Shown: piece after piece, positions 39,112 through 52,429 of the stretch
Numbering within the stretch: the first letter of the stretch is position 1
Layout: each line of letters opens with the position of its first letter
DNA from: Felis catus
Taxonomy: Eukaryota
DNA: 64,000 bases
Direction of reading: 5' to 3'
NCBI RefSeq assembly: GCF_018350175.1
Contig: NC_058368.1
Location: forward strand, 89,778,001-89,842,000
Position numbers and translations under genes: made by a program
The notes under the pieces: model-generated
Database searches by the model: none
What the model saw: the letters and a program-made list of their open reading frames with translations, nothing else
What the model was told of the DNA's origin: nothing

Positions 39112-40502
39112 TATTTGAAAAACTAGTGACACTAACCTTGGTGCCAATTTATTTCTTCTAATCCAATCTTTCACTAAATCAGACTGATTTTTAACTCTTT
39201 ATAATTTCTAAACCTGTCTTCTCCATTTTCATTGCTACTGAAGCTAATTTACACCCTCCTCATTTCTCACCTTCAAGTACTAACAATCTCCTCTATCCAC
39301 ATCTACCTTCCAGATAGATGCCTGCTCATGTTGCTCCCCTGCTTAAAAACCAAAGATGGCCCTTTCCACCAATCTACCTACCTAAATTTCAAATTCCTTT
39401 ATTATCTAGACTTAGCCAACTATTTTCTCATTCCTCTTCATCCACTTACACTCATGCCACCCTATAAAGTCCTAAATTGATTACAGCAAACCTACTTGTA
39501 AGGGGTAGTATTTTAGTATGTGCTAACCCCTTCACCAAAGACAACCTTCACGCTAGACTTCTACTCGCCCTCCAAGCAAACCCAAGTCACATGTTGGAGC
39601 CTCTGTAAACCCTTCCCAATAAAAGCACATGTTCACTACTCCCTCCTCTGTGCACCAAACACTTTCTCCACCATCTGTCACACCGAACACCCAAACAGTT
39701 TGCATCTCCCGGAGTCTGGTGGAAGCACTACTAGAACATTCCACTAATGAACTGGTCTAAACATTCTTTCATTCATAACCCAGAATCAGGTTTTCACAGA
39801 AGAAAAATCCCAAAGCAACTCAGTACATCTGAACCATGCTTCCTTAGGGAGCTTTCTTTACAGAATCACTCATTCACCAAATGCTTACTAATCACCTTCT
39901 CTGTGTCAAGTACTCTGTCAGGTGCCAGGAATAAACAACAAATAAATACATGGTCATGGCACTTTATCTGCTTGGGGAGCAACAATTTCACAATCATATA
40001 ATCACACTACAATCCTTTCTTATTTTTACAGTCATCACTCTAATTTAGGACTTTGCCTTTTTTCAACTATTATAATAAACTCTCATAATTGGTATTTATG
40101 CCTTATAGATTACAACTAACCTACATAACACTCTCAAATTATTAATTATTATTAACCTACATAACACTCTCAACTTCTAAAGCTGAGTCCTAATTACACT
40201 GCAGAATTTAGGAAAAAGAACCATTCTTTGTAAAAAACTGGGAAGTCTTCTGGAATGATTTCTGGTCCTATATCAGCTTTAAAACTGGGATTCTATGGCA
40301 TCCTCTCTCCCATCACTGCCCCCCACCTAAACTTTCTACTCCTTAGAAAACAAATTCAAACTTCTTAGTTTAGAATTCAAAATATTCCCTTTCCAGATTT
40401 TATCCAATACTTTTTTTTTGGATGTAACTGCCATCCTTCAAATATGCTCCACTATCTTCTATTACCATTACAAAAACACCAAGCCACTCTAAGAATGCCA
40501 CC

Positions 40503-40537
40503 AAAAAAAAAAAAAAAGAAAAAGAAAGAAAGAAAAA

Positions 40538-40605
<68 letters not shown>

Positions 40606-40635
40606 AAAGAAAGGAAAGAAAAAGGAAAAGAAAAA
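40503..40635 (+). repeat. Poly(A)/(GAAA)n microsatellite
   Basis: A-run grading into GAAA repeats. Confidence 0.93.
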
Positions 40636-43164
40636 GTTACTCCCTCTTTGAATACAATCCAATTTATTCACAGGTACATTAAAAATCTGCATAACAATAA
40701 ATACTAATTTAACCTGTTTTCTGTTCCTACCAAGACATGTAATAAGACATGTAAAATGTCACATAAACACAATAATTCGATGCTTTTTTAAAATATGAAA
40801 ACACTCTGGAATTTTAAATCGATAGTAATTATGGCAGGCCTAGCACACCCTGTACCTTACCTTCTGTTTCTTCCAGGTGTATTAGTTGAATTCTACACAT
40901 GAGAAACATGTGACTCTCTGTAACTGAAATCAGCTACTTCCCGCGGACTATATTCTTAAGTCTTTTTTTAGAACTTCAAGTCAGTTAAGGCACAGCTCCA
41001 TCTCACTTTAAACCCCAATCATCCTGACTCTCAATGTCATCACATTTGTCTTCTTTTTCTATCCAGATTTCCAGCACGATTGATGGGCCAATTAAAAGTT
41101 TACACAGATGATAAGCCTCATTCAGGAGCTGTCCTTAGTGGCAAAACTATCACCCTGTCTATCACTAGTGCCCTGTGGCAAGCCAAGCATAAAAAAACCT
41201 TTGCAAGAAGACTACTCTTATCTAAAACGCAAAACTTAAATCCAAACTGTGAGATCTGTTGAGTTCAAGGCTACTGTTATAAACAGCCAAAGATACAGCA
41301 GGTATCTTACATTTCATGATTATCTCTCAAAACAGGTTTCTGAATTGCATAGGAGAGATAATAGAAAAAAACAAGGCACCAAAAAGATCTTACTAAAAAG
41401 TGAAATTGTCATCTTGGTCTTCCAACCTGCCCTTCCTCTATGATCCCCACACTAGCTTTCCAAGCCAGAAATAGGAGTATTATCCTTAACTCCTTCCTAT
41501 CCAATCCCAGCCTTCATATCCAGTTCCCTAGTTCTAGTCCACTTGACCTCCTAAATCTTCGTCTCACCCAATCTGTCTCAACCTCCCAGGCTCTTCCCTG
41601 AGATACGAGCTAATGCAACAGTCTCAGACCCACGTTCTTCTGCTGCACCCCAACTTGAATGCAGCCCTAGACACTATCCAAAGTGACCTCCTAAAAACAC
41701 AAGTACTTAACTCATGGTCCTAAAACCACATCTCCTTCATCTTTGCACCCACGGACTGACAGTGCACCTGACACAAAGGAGGCTCAAATATGAGTTGAAT
41801 TAAACAGAGGAAACCCAGGCTCATCTACAAAACAGGCCCCTGTGTGCCTCTCCAGTCATATCCAATTCCCACTTACCTCTCACAAACCTCTGTGCTTTAC
41901 CATATGCTATCGCTCCTGCCTGAAATGCCATCTCTCCCTCTCCTCCAGATACCTTAAGGAACTCTGGTCATCTTCAAATGCCAAATCAGATATCCGACTT
42001 CAAACAGGTCCTTCCTTCCCTATCCCTCCCAAACACAGAGCTTATCATTCCCTGCTTTGAGCTTTTCCGAACCTTGAAGATTTTTTCTATAAGAGTATCT
42101 TTAACCACACCTGACTTTCTCTTTTATGTCTCACTCACCTACTCTAATATAGCTCCTTGCACTTCTATTTTTAATATTTTTTCTCTTCAGAGCCTGGCAA
42201 ATAGTAAGTGCTTGGTGAATAATTATAAGAATTCAAGGAGAGAAGCTGTGATAGTTAAAAAAAAAAAAAAAAGACAGCAAACATTTGTAAGAGACAAGTG
42301 TGCTAACAGAAGCAGGGCCCATTTTACCAGCAATAAGAAAAACTAACATCTATACTTCTAACCTTGAAAGCAAAATCTAGAAAAACCAGACAGAAAGGAC
42401 CAAAAACCGAGAGTACTGGTTCTAGGACAAGAATCAAGGGGACAAACTTAAAGATTAAATTGTATAAACATAATCTTAGTGACATGCCCTAGCAGATTAA
42501 GAGCAAACCTCAAACAGATGGGGGTAACGGCAAAACTGTGTTGCACTGCCCATCTGCCACACTCTGCACTTGGCAGTAACAGCCAATGTTATCTGAGCAC
42601 TCACCTCGTGACAGGCCTATCAGGCCCTTCACATACATGGTCTCATTTAACCCTTCAGGACTCCTGTAAGTAAATACTACTATTCTCCTTACAAACAGAA
42701 GGGAAGGTCCAGAGAATGAGTAACTTGCCCGAGGTCACAGAGATACCAGTGGCACAACTATGATTTTAACCCAAGTCTGATCCACAAGTCTGTGCTCTAT
42801 CTAACCACTATGCAGTCATTTACTTTTATTACTCTCAATTCAATTCTCAAAGCAGCCCATGAGTTAGATAATACCGCATTGTATTTTAGACGAAGACACA
42901 AGGGTTTAAATCATTTGCCAAGGTCATACATGCTTGTTAAGTAGTAGAGCTGGGGGGCGGGGGGAGGGGTTGAACCTAGGACAATCTAGCTCTTCACACA
43001 ACTCTAGAATTCTGTCACTGATAAAGCCAAGATCTCATGTTCATTCCTCAAATATTGTGTGGTTGAGACCATCAGCCCTCCAGTTTCCTTCACAGATATA
43101 TCATCTTTCCAAGCTACTCCCCACCTGCCTTCTCTACTCCCAACCTCTGCCTAATACTCTAAGA

Positions 43165-43620
43165 CAGCAGATCTCAAACACTATCACCTCAGAATGCTTA
43201 CATACTTCTAAAAACTCACAAATACCCCCAAAGAGCTTTCATTTATGTCGGTTATACCTATCAACATTTGTCATCCTAGAAATTAGAACTAAGAAAATTT
43301 TAATATGTATTAACTTGTTAAATATACAACCATCCCATGTTAAAACATTTTTATGAAAAGGAACTATTTTTGAAAACAAAGTAAAATTTTGTGAGAAGAA
43401 TGACACTGTCTTGCATTTTTGCAAGTCTCTTTAATGTCTGACATACTAGAAGACAGCTGGATTCGCATATCTGCTCCGAAGTCAATCTGATCAGATCCCA
43501 CACATCATTTTTTTTAGCTTCTGGAAAACTCCACTGTACACTCATTAAGAGATTAAGAACGAAAAAGACAAATAACATCTTAGTAATATTTTTAAGAACT
43601 TAAGGTTTCTGTAGCCACCT
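43165..43620. mobile_element. hAT-Charlie-type DNA transposon fragment
   Basis: Motifs cccaaagagctttcatttatgtcggttatacctatc and gaagacagctggattcgcatatctgct recalled from the Charlie1 group. Confidence 0.6.
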
Positions 43621-44044
43621 CCCCCTCCTCCTAAAATCTCACACACAATTTCCTTAAATCCTTTTTCAAGTAGTACAAAAATAAGTTCCAGTCCAAATTG
43701 GTTTAAAATTTCCAATCAGTAAAAGACCTTGGTGAAAATGGAGCGATTTTTAAATTATGGTAAAATATTCCTCCAAAACATAGAGCTGAACAGCAGATGT
43801 AGCAGTCAAAACCAAGCTCTAACAGGAAAAGATCGGCATACCCATCTGCATCCGCAGTGCCCAGCCCGTAACAGACAGCCTGCAACAGCCTGTCACCAGA
43901 CTCCTGTCACAACGCAATTCTAACTGTGTGCATGGGCCCAATCACACACGAGTGAGTATAAAATATAGTCAGAGAAGCAGAGAGAGAAGTTTCCTGTGCA
44001 ACAACCATAGGAAACTACCAATTTGAAAGGTCAAAAATGGTTCA

Positions 44045-44215
44045 GGGGGCACAGCTCAGTTGGTTGGGCATCCGAATTTAGCTCAGGTCATGATCTTGTG
44101 GTTTGTAAGTTGTTTATGAGTTTGAGCCCCAGATCAGGCTTGTTGCTGTTGGCGCAGAGCCCACATCAGATCCTCTGTCCCCCCCTCTCTGCCCCTATCC
44201 CACTTGCGCTCTCTT
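44045..44215 (+). mobile_element. CanSINE (degenerate, tail-less)
   Basis: Head and CT tract present. Confidence 0.75.
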
Positions 44216-45233
44216 ACTTATTGAAATACTAGCAATTTCAGTCAATCCAATAAATTAACTCAAAACACAACTATGAAAATACAGCAAATACAGGTTAGGT
44301 TAGATTTTTATTTTCTATATTTGAAGTTAAAGTACAACATACTAAGACAAGTAAGATTTGCCATCTAATCAGCAAAAGCTAAGTAAGTGCCCACTAATAA
44401 GCAGGGTAAGTAAGTCAAAACCTCACCAAGATCAAAACAGCAAGGTAAGGGGGGCCACCAATCCTAAATCTGCTCCTTAGCATGAGATAAGCTGTAAACA
44501 ACCATCTCATTTACAGCTTCAGCACCAAATGATGGATGCCAACAGAAATCTCTTCATTTCCTTCTTATCTTTTGTCAGATTTTCCATAATCTATTTGCTG
44601 CTCTCTCTCTTACAATAACTCATGATAGTCTAGCTACCACCAACTAGTGGTGATTTTGGCCTTTGAGGCATTCAACATTTATTCTAATTCATATATCCAA
44701 TCACTTAGGAGGTTTTAATATCCTGGCCATGTTTTAACCCACTAGTCCTTTTTTCCCCTACAAGAAAATTATTCATGAAATGCTGACCTTACAAATCATC
44801 AATAATAACACTACAATATTGCTCTGAAGCTACCTAGTGATGTTTCAGAAGATTTGGAAAGAAATCTTAAGCAACTCTGTTGAAATGGAGTTCCATTATG
44901 CACTGCTTTCTGACCACATAAGTGACTGCCTTTTCCTAAAACAATGAAATGCTTTAAAACTGGATTTTTGGCCAGCATGAATAGTATTCTTATGTGGACT
45001 CTCATGAAGTTTTTGATCCATAACCTAAGAGGATCACAAATATTAAGAATCTGCCAGGTAGTTTCATTCTATCAACACGATCAGCCACCAATGTAAATGG
45101 TTATAAATCTGGGGCAGCAATTGGGTCTCCCTATATCATCAAATGTATATCAAAGGTCCATTCTAAGCCACAGCACCATGAGAGTGTGTTAGGACGGAAG
45201 TGGGGGATGTACAGTGAAATTAATACAAACTAG

Positions 45234-45645
45234 AGGGGCGCCTGGGTGGCTCAGCCAGTTGAGCATCTGACTCTTGATCTCAACTCAGGTTGAGACCAAT
45301 GTCATGGTCCTGAGACACAGCCCCACATCAGGCCTGCTTAAGATATTCTCTCTCTTGGGGGCGCCTGGGTGGTTCAGTCAGTTAGGCGTCCAACTTTGAC
45401 TCAGGTCATGATCTCGCGGTCCGTGAGTTCGAGCCCCGCATCAGGCTGTGTGCTGACAGCTCAGAGCCCGGAGCCTGCCTCAGATTCTGTGTCTCCATCT
45501 CTCTCTGACCCTCCACCGTTCATGCTCTGTCTCTGTCTCACAAATAAACATTAAAAAGAAAATTAAAAAAAAAGACATTCTCTCTCTTTCTCTCCCTCTG
45601 CCCCTCCCCTGTTCACTTGCACTCTCAAAAACAAAAACAAAAACA
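45234..45645 (+). mobile_element. CanSINE with a second CanSINE (45357-45573) nested in its CT tract
   Basis: Inner TSD aagatattctctctct / aagacattctctctct; outer flanks acaaactagag. Confidence 0.88.
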
Positions 45646-48600
45646 CACAAACTAGAGTCAAACAGACCGATATCAAGAAAGATATGTTTACATTCATCTT
45701 TAAGGCTAAAGCTTCCTCATTTATAAAATGATATCTACCTCACAATTTTGGTATGAGGATTAAATAAAATAACACATGTAAAGCACAATGCGTACCACAT
45801 CATTAGCATTCAACAAAGCTCCTTCTTTGACTGCAAATCCCTAAGTCTGAATATCTCTAGTCTCCCTAAAATTAGAAACCAAATGATAATTCTTTAGATG
45901 TCCCAAATAAAGTACAGTTTTCATTTTCAACAATTTTAGATGAAAATATACAAAAGAAGCTTTCAGTCCACAAAACATGGCAGTTAGCTTCATCAGATAC
46001 TGCTTTATGATGCTGTGGTGTTTGCATACAACCATACACAATCTTACGGAAGAAAAAAAAATTGCCCCCCAAAAAGCTGAATGCAAGAAATATTTTTGAC
46101 TTAACTTGAATAAATCTTCGTTTCTGTTTGGTCTTAATTAGCAAGGACTCCTCTAATATCCTTTTTCATCTATCTTGCCACACCACCCCCACTCAAAATC
46201 TGCCTGTTAAAAAAAAATCTATATGGGACAGCTAGATGTATCCAGAGAATCACCTGTAATACTCCTTTTAGATACAAAGATCACTGTCTAATTTTTGTTT
46301 TGTTAGATCTCCATATGCTTCCTTTGTAAGGTATATATGTGTAGCAAATAACTTTGAAAGAAAATGACTATGCCTTCTTTGCTACTATTCTACATTTAAA
46401 AGTACATCAAACATTTAACTCAACTGCAGACTGCTGAGCACAGGACAAATACAAATCTTAGCAAGGGAATATGAAGAGTAAATTTTAGGCTTTCAGTAAC
46501 TGAAGACTGAAAGTTCTAATATTATGATTTCACATCAGGTCCACCTCCAATGAGGAAATTTTTCCTTTGCTTTTTAAATCACATAAAATTCCACAAAGAA
46601 AAAGCTTTATGTGATCCAATAAAAAGTTCATCATTTCAGCTAATATATCAGGGAAAAGTCTGAAATATAAATATATATAGAAATTTCCTAAGTTTTGGGC
46701 TTAAGGAAAACATAAGGTAGGCAACAAATATAGGTGTTTACCTTCAGTCAACCCTGTCCTCTTCTTTATATTACCCCCTTTCCTTCTTTCCCACTCTAAA
46801 CTTTTCCAAACAGCAGTCTATAACATTTTTCCATCTTAACCTCCCATTTGTCCCCAGCCTAACCTACAGTCTGACTTCCACCTCCCTGGTCCCAGAAAAA
46901 TTTGCTCTGCTTATATTCACCTAACCGCCAAATCCTATTAAACTATTCTCAGAGCTCATCCTACCCTAAACCTGGCCATCACTCGTCACTGAAAACTCCC
47001 TCTTGCTCGGCACTCCTACCTTTCTTGGCATCTGTAATTGTACTCTCTTATTCTCCTACCTCTTTAACCATTTTATTGCCGTTGTGTCCAAAATGTAATT
47101 TTGGCTGTTCCTAAGGGTTCCCTTGGTCACCTCTTCTTCCTGTCCTATATTATCCTGTGTTTCATTAAGTAAGTTTCACACTTAAGCATATGCATATTTT
47201 TATTCTCTTCAGCAGGAGCCATAATTCTCAACCGATTCTCAAATGGGGACTCTACCTCCCTAAAAAAAGGTAAAAAGCATTTGTTCATACACTCTTCCTG
47301 AGTGATCTCCTAACTTCCAATACTAACTATATACTAACCCAGTCTTTAAAATTCCCAACCATACTCTGGTCCAGATACCTATTAAGACATAGTGCACCTA
47401 AATACCCAATGGGCATATGAAAGTCAGATGCAAAAGCAACCTATTCCACTTCCTTTGCCCAAATCTGCTCTTCTTCCTCTACTTCCCCCAAGTTAAATCA
47501 TACCAAGTTACCCAAGCTAAAAACCTTCTGAGTGGTACTCAATTCCCTATTTTTATAACTCATTGCTTGTCTGTCTCTAATTCTGGTATCTTTCAAATTT
47601 ATCCTATTCTTGCCCAGCTCCTATGCTGATATCCTTAGCCTCTCACAAGGACTTAAATGAACTCTGACCCCTTTCATCCACTGTCCGTATTTTTACTGTC
47701 TCCTGAAAAAAGTGTGTCACACACAATTGCCCCACTACTATCCACTCAACGTCTCAGTGGATCCCCAGGATATACAGACAGAAGTCCCAACACTTTAAGA
47801 AAAAGCCTTAGACTATTCACAAACTGTTTCCGGCCACTCCTCCTATCCCTCCCATCCTTGCGTCCTATGTTTCACAGCCAAAGTCGTATGTAACTTGACT
47901 TTGCAAATATCATTCCTTCTCCATGAAAAGTCCTACTCAGCCTGGCAAGTGCCTATTCACCCTTCAAAACTCAGCTTAAAGACCTCGGAGATGACTCTAT
48001 CAAGTTTCCCAAGCAGAATTAGTTGTTCCTTTCTTAGCACTTGCTTTGTATACTCCTTATTACTGTATAACCTGTGAGAGTTTTATTGGTCCATTTGTCT
48101 TTACACCCCACTATAAACCCCACTTGGGACAAAAGACCATAAGTCCCATAAGGATAGCAAGTCTATACATGGTGCCTAACATATGGGTGTTTGGGTATTT
48201 TTTGAACCGCGTTTCAGTACTATTTTAAAATGCTGTATTCAAGTATAATTAGTTCTGCTTTATTGCTTGTTCTGAAATGTGAGTTTGTTCCAGTGTGATT
48301 GATATATTAGGGAATTTAAGCGTAACGCAAAATTCTCATTTGCACGCCATTTCTCATCTGCATCTACCGCACTAAACGAAGGTAGAAAACTGCACCCAGC
48401 CAAACTGAGCTGAGCAGAAATACACAAAACACACACATCTTAAACACCCACCCTCCAGACAGTTCTCCATGTGTGTGATACAAGACACACCCACCCACCC
48501 ACATCTGGTGTTACTAAACATTCCATTTGATTTCAGATAACCTGCCTGCTACCACTTCAAAGTAACAAACAGCAAACATTTTGATGCCCATTTCCACAAG

Positions 48601-50469
48601 CAAATGAGGTCTTTCTCAATGTAAAGTGCCACATTTACTGGAATATTTAGATACTCCTTAGCCATTTCACATGTGTAAAACTTTGCTACCATTTTCATCA
48701 GGTTCCTTTTTCAAAATAAGTCACTACGTTTTTGAGGGTTGGACTCCAATCTCATTTTCCCCCACAAGGCCTGTAGTTTTTACTGCACAATCTTGCATAC
48801 CATGGTAGCTTTTGGGAACCTGTATGTTGCTACACAGCAGAATAGACTACATAAATTAACAGCTAGCTGTATCATGAGCTCAGAGACTTTAATTTCAATG
48901 CTCCAATTGCAGTAAATTACTGGAGAGAAAACTCTGCCCTCCTGCAAGTTTCACATACATATGGCCTATGTCCCAATAGACTATTAGGAGAGTTGCAATC
49001 TTTAAAAGTTGGTGCCTCCCACTTCTGGTGAGCAGAGAGTTGTTTTTTCCAGCTTAAGCTCTACAGTCTGCCTAAGCAGAACTCAAAAAACAAGTTCTCA
49101 GTGCCTGAATTTTCAAGTGTACCATTTTATGGGTTTCATTGTTTTGACTGCTTTTAACTTCTTCCAAAACATCCTGACATTTTGATTTTAAATTACCCAG
49201 CATTGTAAAGCAATTGGGCAAACCCTCAAGTCCACTATAAAAGGAACTACAGAACACAACAGACACTATATCCAAGTTAAAAAGATTCAGAGTCATTAAC
49301 TCCACAGTACCTAAAATGTGACTTTTTTTATATATAGGGCCTCCACTCAATCCTCCACACTGATGCCAAAGTGGTCTATAAATCACCTTGCTCCCATACT
49401 AAAAATATTTTGGTTCCTTCCTTTGCTACAGGATAAAGATATAAACCTCATTTTTAGTTGAGCAAGCATGGTCCTTCAAAATCTAGGCTGGGCACACCTT
49501 TGCAGGCCACTCTTCCTGTTCCATTAACACCTCACCATTGGGTCTTAGCCCAACTTTTGGCACCTGAGTGCACCCACCGTTCCCTTCTGTTTGAAATGAC
49601 CCCTCTCCCCAGTTTGACAAACACCTATTCTGCTGCTATTTTCTGTAAACTGGCCCCACGCCTTCTGCGAATTTATTCTTTCTTCTATTCTCTCATAGCA
49701 CTTCATGCACCTATGATAACTAGAGACTACATGACAAAAACTAGGTAGTATTCATTTTTGAACTCTCAGGGTCCAATACCGTGTCCAGCATGTTTTATTC
49801 CTTGACATCCAACTGAAGTTATCCAGAAAATATAAACTGATGACGGAGAGGTAAGGCCAGAGAAGGGTAAGGTTAAGGCAGCCTACACATGGGTCCTCAT
49901 TCTGGATACAAACAACCTACTCCTTTTCATTACTTGTTCAAAAACCAAAATATGGTGCATTCCATTGTACTTTAACATGCCAGGCTCTGTGTACAGGAAG
50001 TTTACAGTTTAATTTATCAAGTATATCTTAATTTCACATGGTGTTTCCTTAATCACACTTGTTGTAAACTGGCTACCTTTGGCAAGCGAGTAGCAGGCAA
50101 GGTGAAAGCAAAAAAAAAAAAAATAAAATAAGCCAAAAGTGGAAGCTGAGGATTTGAAAACTGAAATTGGAACCTTTTTCTACATAGCACTGAATTCCAC
50201 TCACAATAAAAAAACGCAAATAAGTGCTGCAGGCCCACAAATCTAAGTCTTTTCTGCATTAAAATATATATCCTTACTGAACCTATTTGGACTTTTCCAA
50301 AATGATAAGCATTTTAAAAGCATAGCTTCCCAATGAGCAAGCATATAGGAAAGTTAGTGGTCCCTCACCCCTCATGGACCAAAGGCTACGGCTGACCATT
50401 TATTCCAGTATGCCTTACATATATTATCCCTTTCCAGTGCACTACGATATGAAAAAGGTTTATGCTTCA

Positions 50470-50638
50470 GGGCACCTGCGTGGTTCAGTTGGTTAAGCAT
50501 CCAACTCTTGGTTTCAGCTCAGGTCATGATCTCACGGTTAGTGAGTTCGAGCCCCATATCAGGTCCTGCACTGGCAGTGCGGAGCGGTGCTTGGGATTCT
50601 TTCTCAAAATAAATAAATAAACTTAAAAAAAAAAAAAA
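50470..50638 (+). mobile_element. CanSINE with 18-bp TSD
   Basis: aaaaaggtttatgcttca at 50452-50469 and 50634-50651. Confidence 0.92.
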
Positions 50639-52429
50639 GGTTTATGCTTCAAAGAATATAAGAAGGTTAACACAAGTACAGTGGCATGCCTAAGCATGGA
50701 CCAAAATTCATATTTATAAACCAGTACAGTAGGCAAATTCCTACAATACCTTTATTTGCAGTCAGGACCAAGTTCTAAAACCAACTTCATTTCTAGTCAA
50801 GAGAAAATAGTCTGAAATTTTCCAATAATTGTAGTTTTGATTTACCAAGATTTAAGAAACCTGAATACACCTACAACCAAAACAGGCATTCAAAAGGGCT
50901 TCTTCATCTACATCCCACTGATCAAGACACTTCTGAAACTATGCAAAAATCAACTTTCAGAGAGTGAATCTTCCTGAAAATGTCTGTCTTCTAGCCCATC
51001 CTTGTTTTCACTACTTCATTAAGTATCTTGTTCACCTGAGAACTGAACAGACACATCTATCCCGAATAACTTCTACCCATTAAAACACCTTCTGCCCTCC
51101 CCACCAATTACATCACTCTTTGATGTGCTTTCACACTCACACAAAACCTGGTCCTTTCCCTTTAAAAGTACCTTGGGCAAATCACTTTAACCTCTTTAGG
51201 TCTCAGTTTCCACATGTAGCTTTACAAATATTTTGTTTAAAGCAAGGTGACTGGGCCAGATCACTGGTCTAAAAATATTAAGCAATTTTAACTCTGAAAG
51301 TCATCCCATTCTGAAGACTGTCATAACCGCTCTGACAGCAATTACAAGTCTTCAAAACCTCTTGATCAATGACCATATCAACTCTTAGAGCCAACAACAC
51401 TGTTTTGAAATGGTAAACCCTAGTGACTGTGAAAAACACAAAGTGCTATTAGGTGCCATTTTATTTGCCACTTGTTCATATTCCCTCTTTTCCTCTCCAA
51501 AATTAAATTTCCAGACACAAGAATGCAAGAAATTCCGCACTAACAATACAATCCACCTAGAAAATGGTAAGCGCAGGAACTCAAATTCAAGCAGATTATT
51601 TAAACAACGTCAGCTTAACACAGTAATTCCAAGAAGATCAAGCAAGATGACTATTCACAATGTTGTCATCTGCAGAAACAGTTAAAGAAAAGGTTACAGG
51701 TGTTAGCAGACTCTCCGGAGAAGATGAGAAAGGAAAAAGAGTCAAAAAGTTTACAAAGACAATAACGATTGGTGTTTAAACATAAAAAGGAGGATGAGGT
51801 TCGGGGTTACTGGAGAAAACGGCTTCAAGTAATTAATTAGGGCTATCTCCGAGCTCTGAGCAATACTATAAATCTTCAAATCTGGTGCTAAGTGCCTCTT
51901 CAACCAGGTCATTGTCACACCTCCCCCCTCCCCCCAAATCTGCGTTAAACTGAATTTTAAATACTTTTGGGGTAGAGGGTCAACAGTTGGTTTCCCGCGT
52001 TGCGGTAACTGCGAAGTTCCACACTCCACGGCGCACAATCCCACACAGCCACTCCGCCAAAGTTGCCACCCATCCTGGCCAAGAGTCCCCAACACCCACC
52101 CGCCTCCTCGGGATGACCAGAGTCGGGGTCCCAGGGCCCGGGCGCCGCTCCCCCGCGCCCTGAGCCCCCCAGTCCCCGCCGTCAATCAACGCCCCCCGCC
52201 CCCGGGCTGGGCGCGGGGGCGCGGCCTGGGACCCAGCCCGATCGGAGAAAGGCTTTCCCCCCTAAACAGCCGCCAGCTCAGCCAAGCTACGGGCTCGCTA
52301 CCCACAAAACTCAAGTTGCCCGCGCTAAGACCCCGCGCGCTTCGGTCTCGGGGGCACGACCGAGCGGGGGCCGTGCGCGGCCAGTGCGGGCAGCAGAGCC
52401 CGGCCGGGCCTCGGGTCCGTCTCCCTCAC

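Noticed and set aside
40850..40930. Strong donor AAG|GTAAGG at 40860 in intron 1
   Set aside because: No convincing polypyrimidine acceptor upstream; isolated donors are common.
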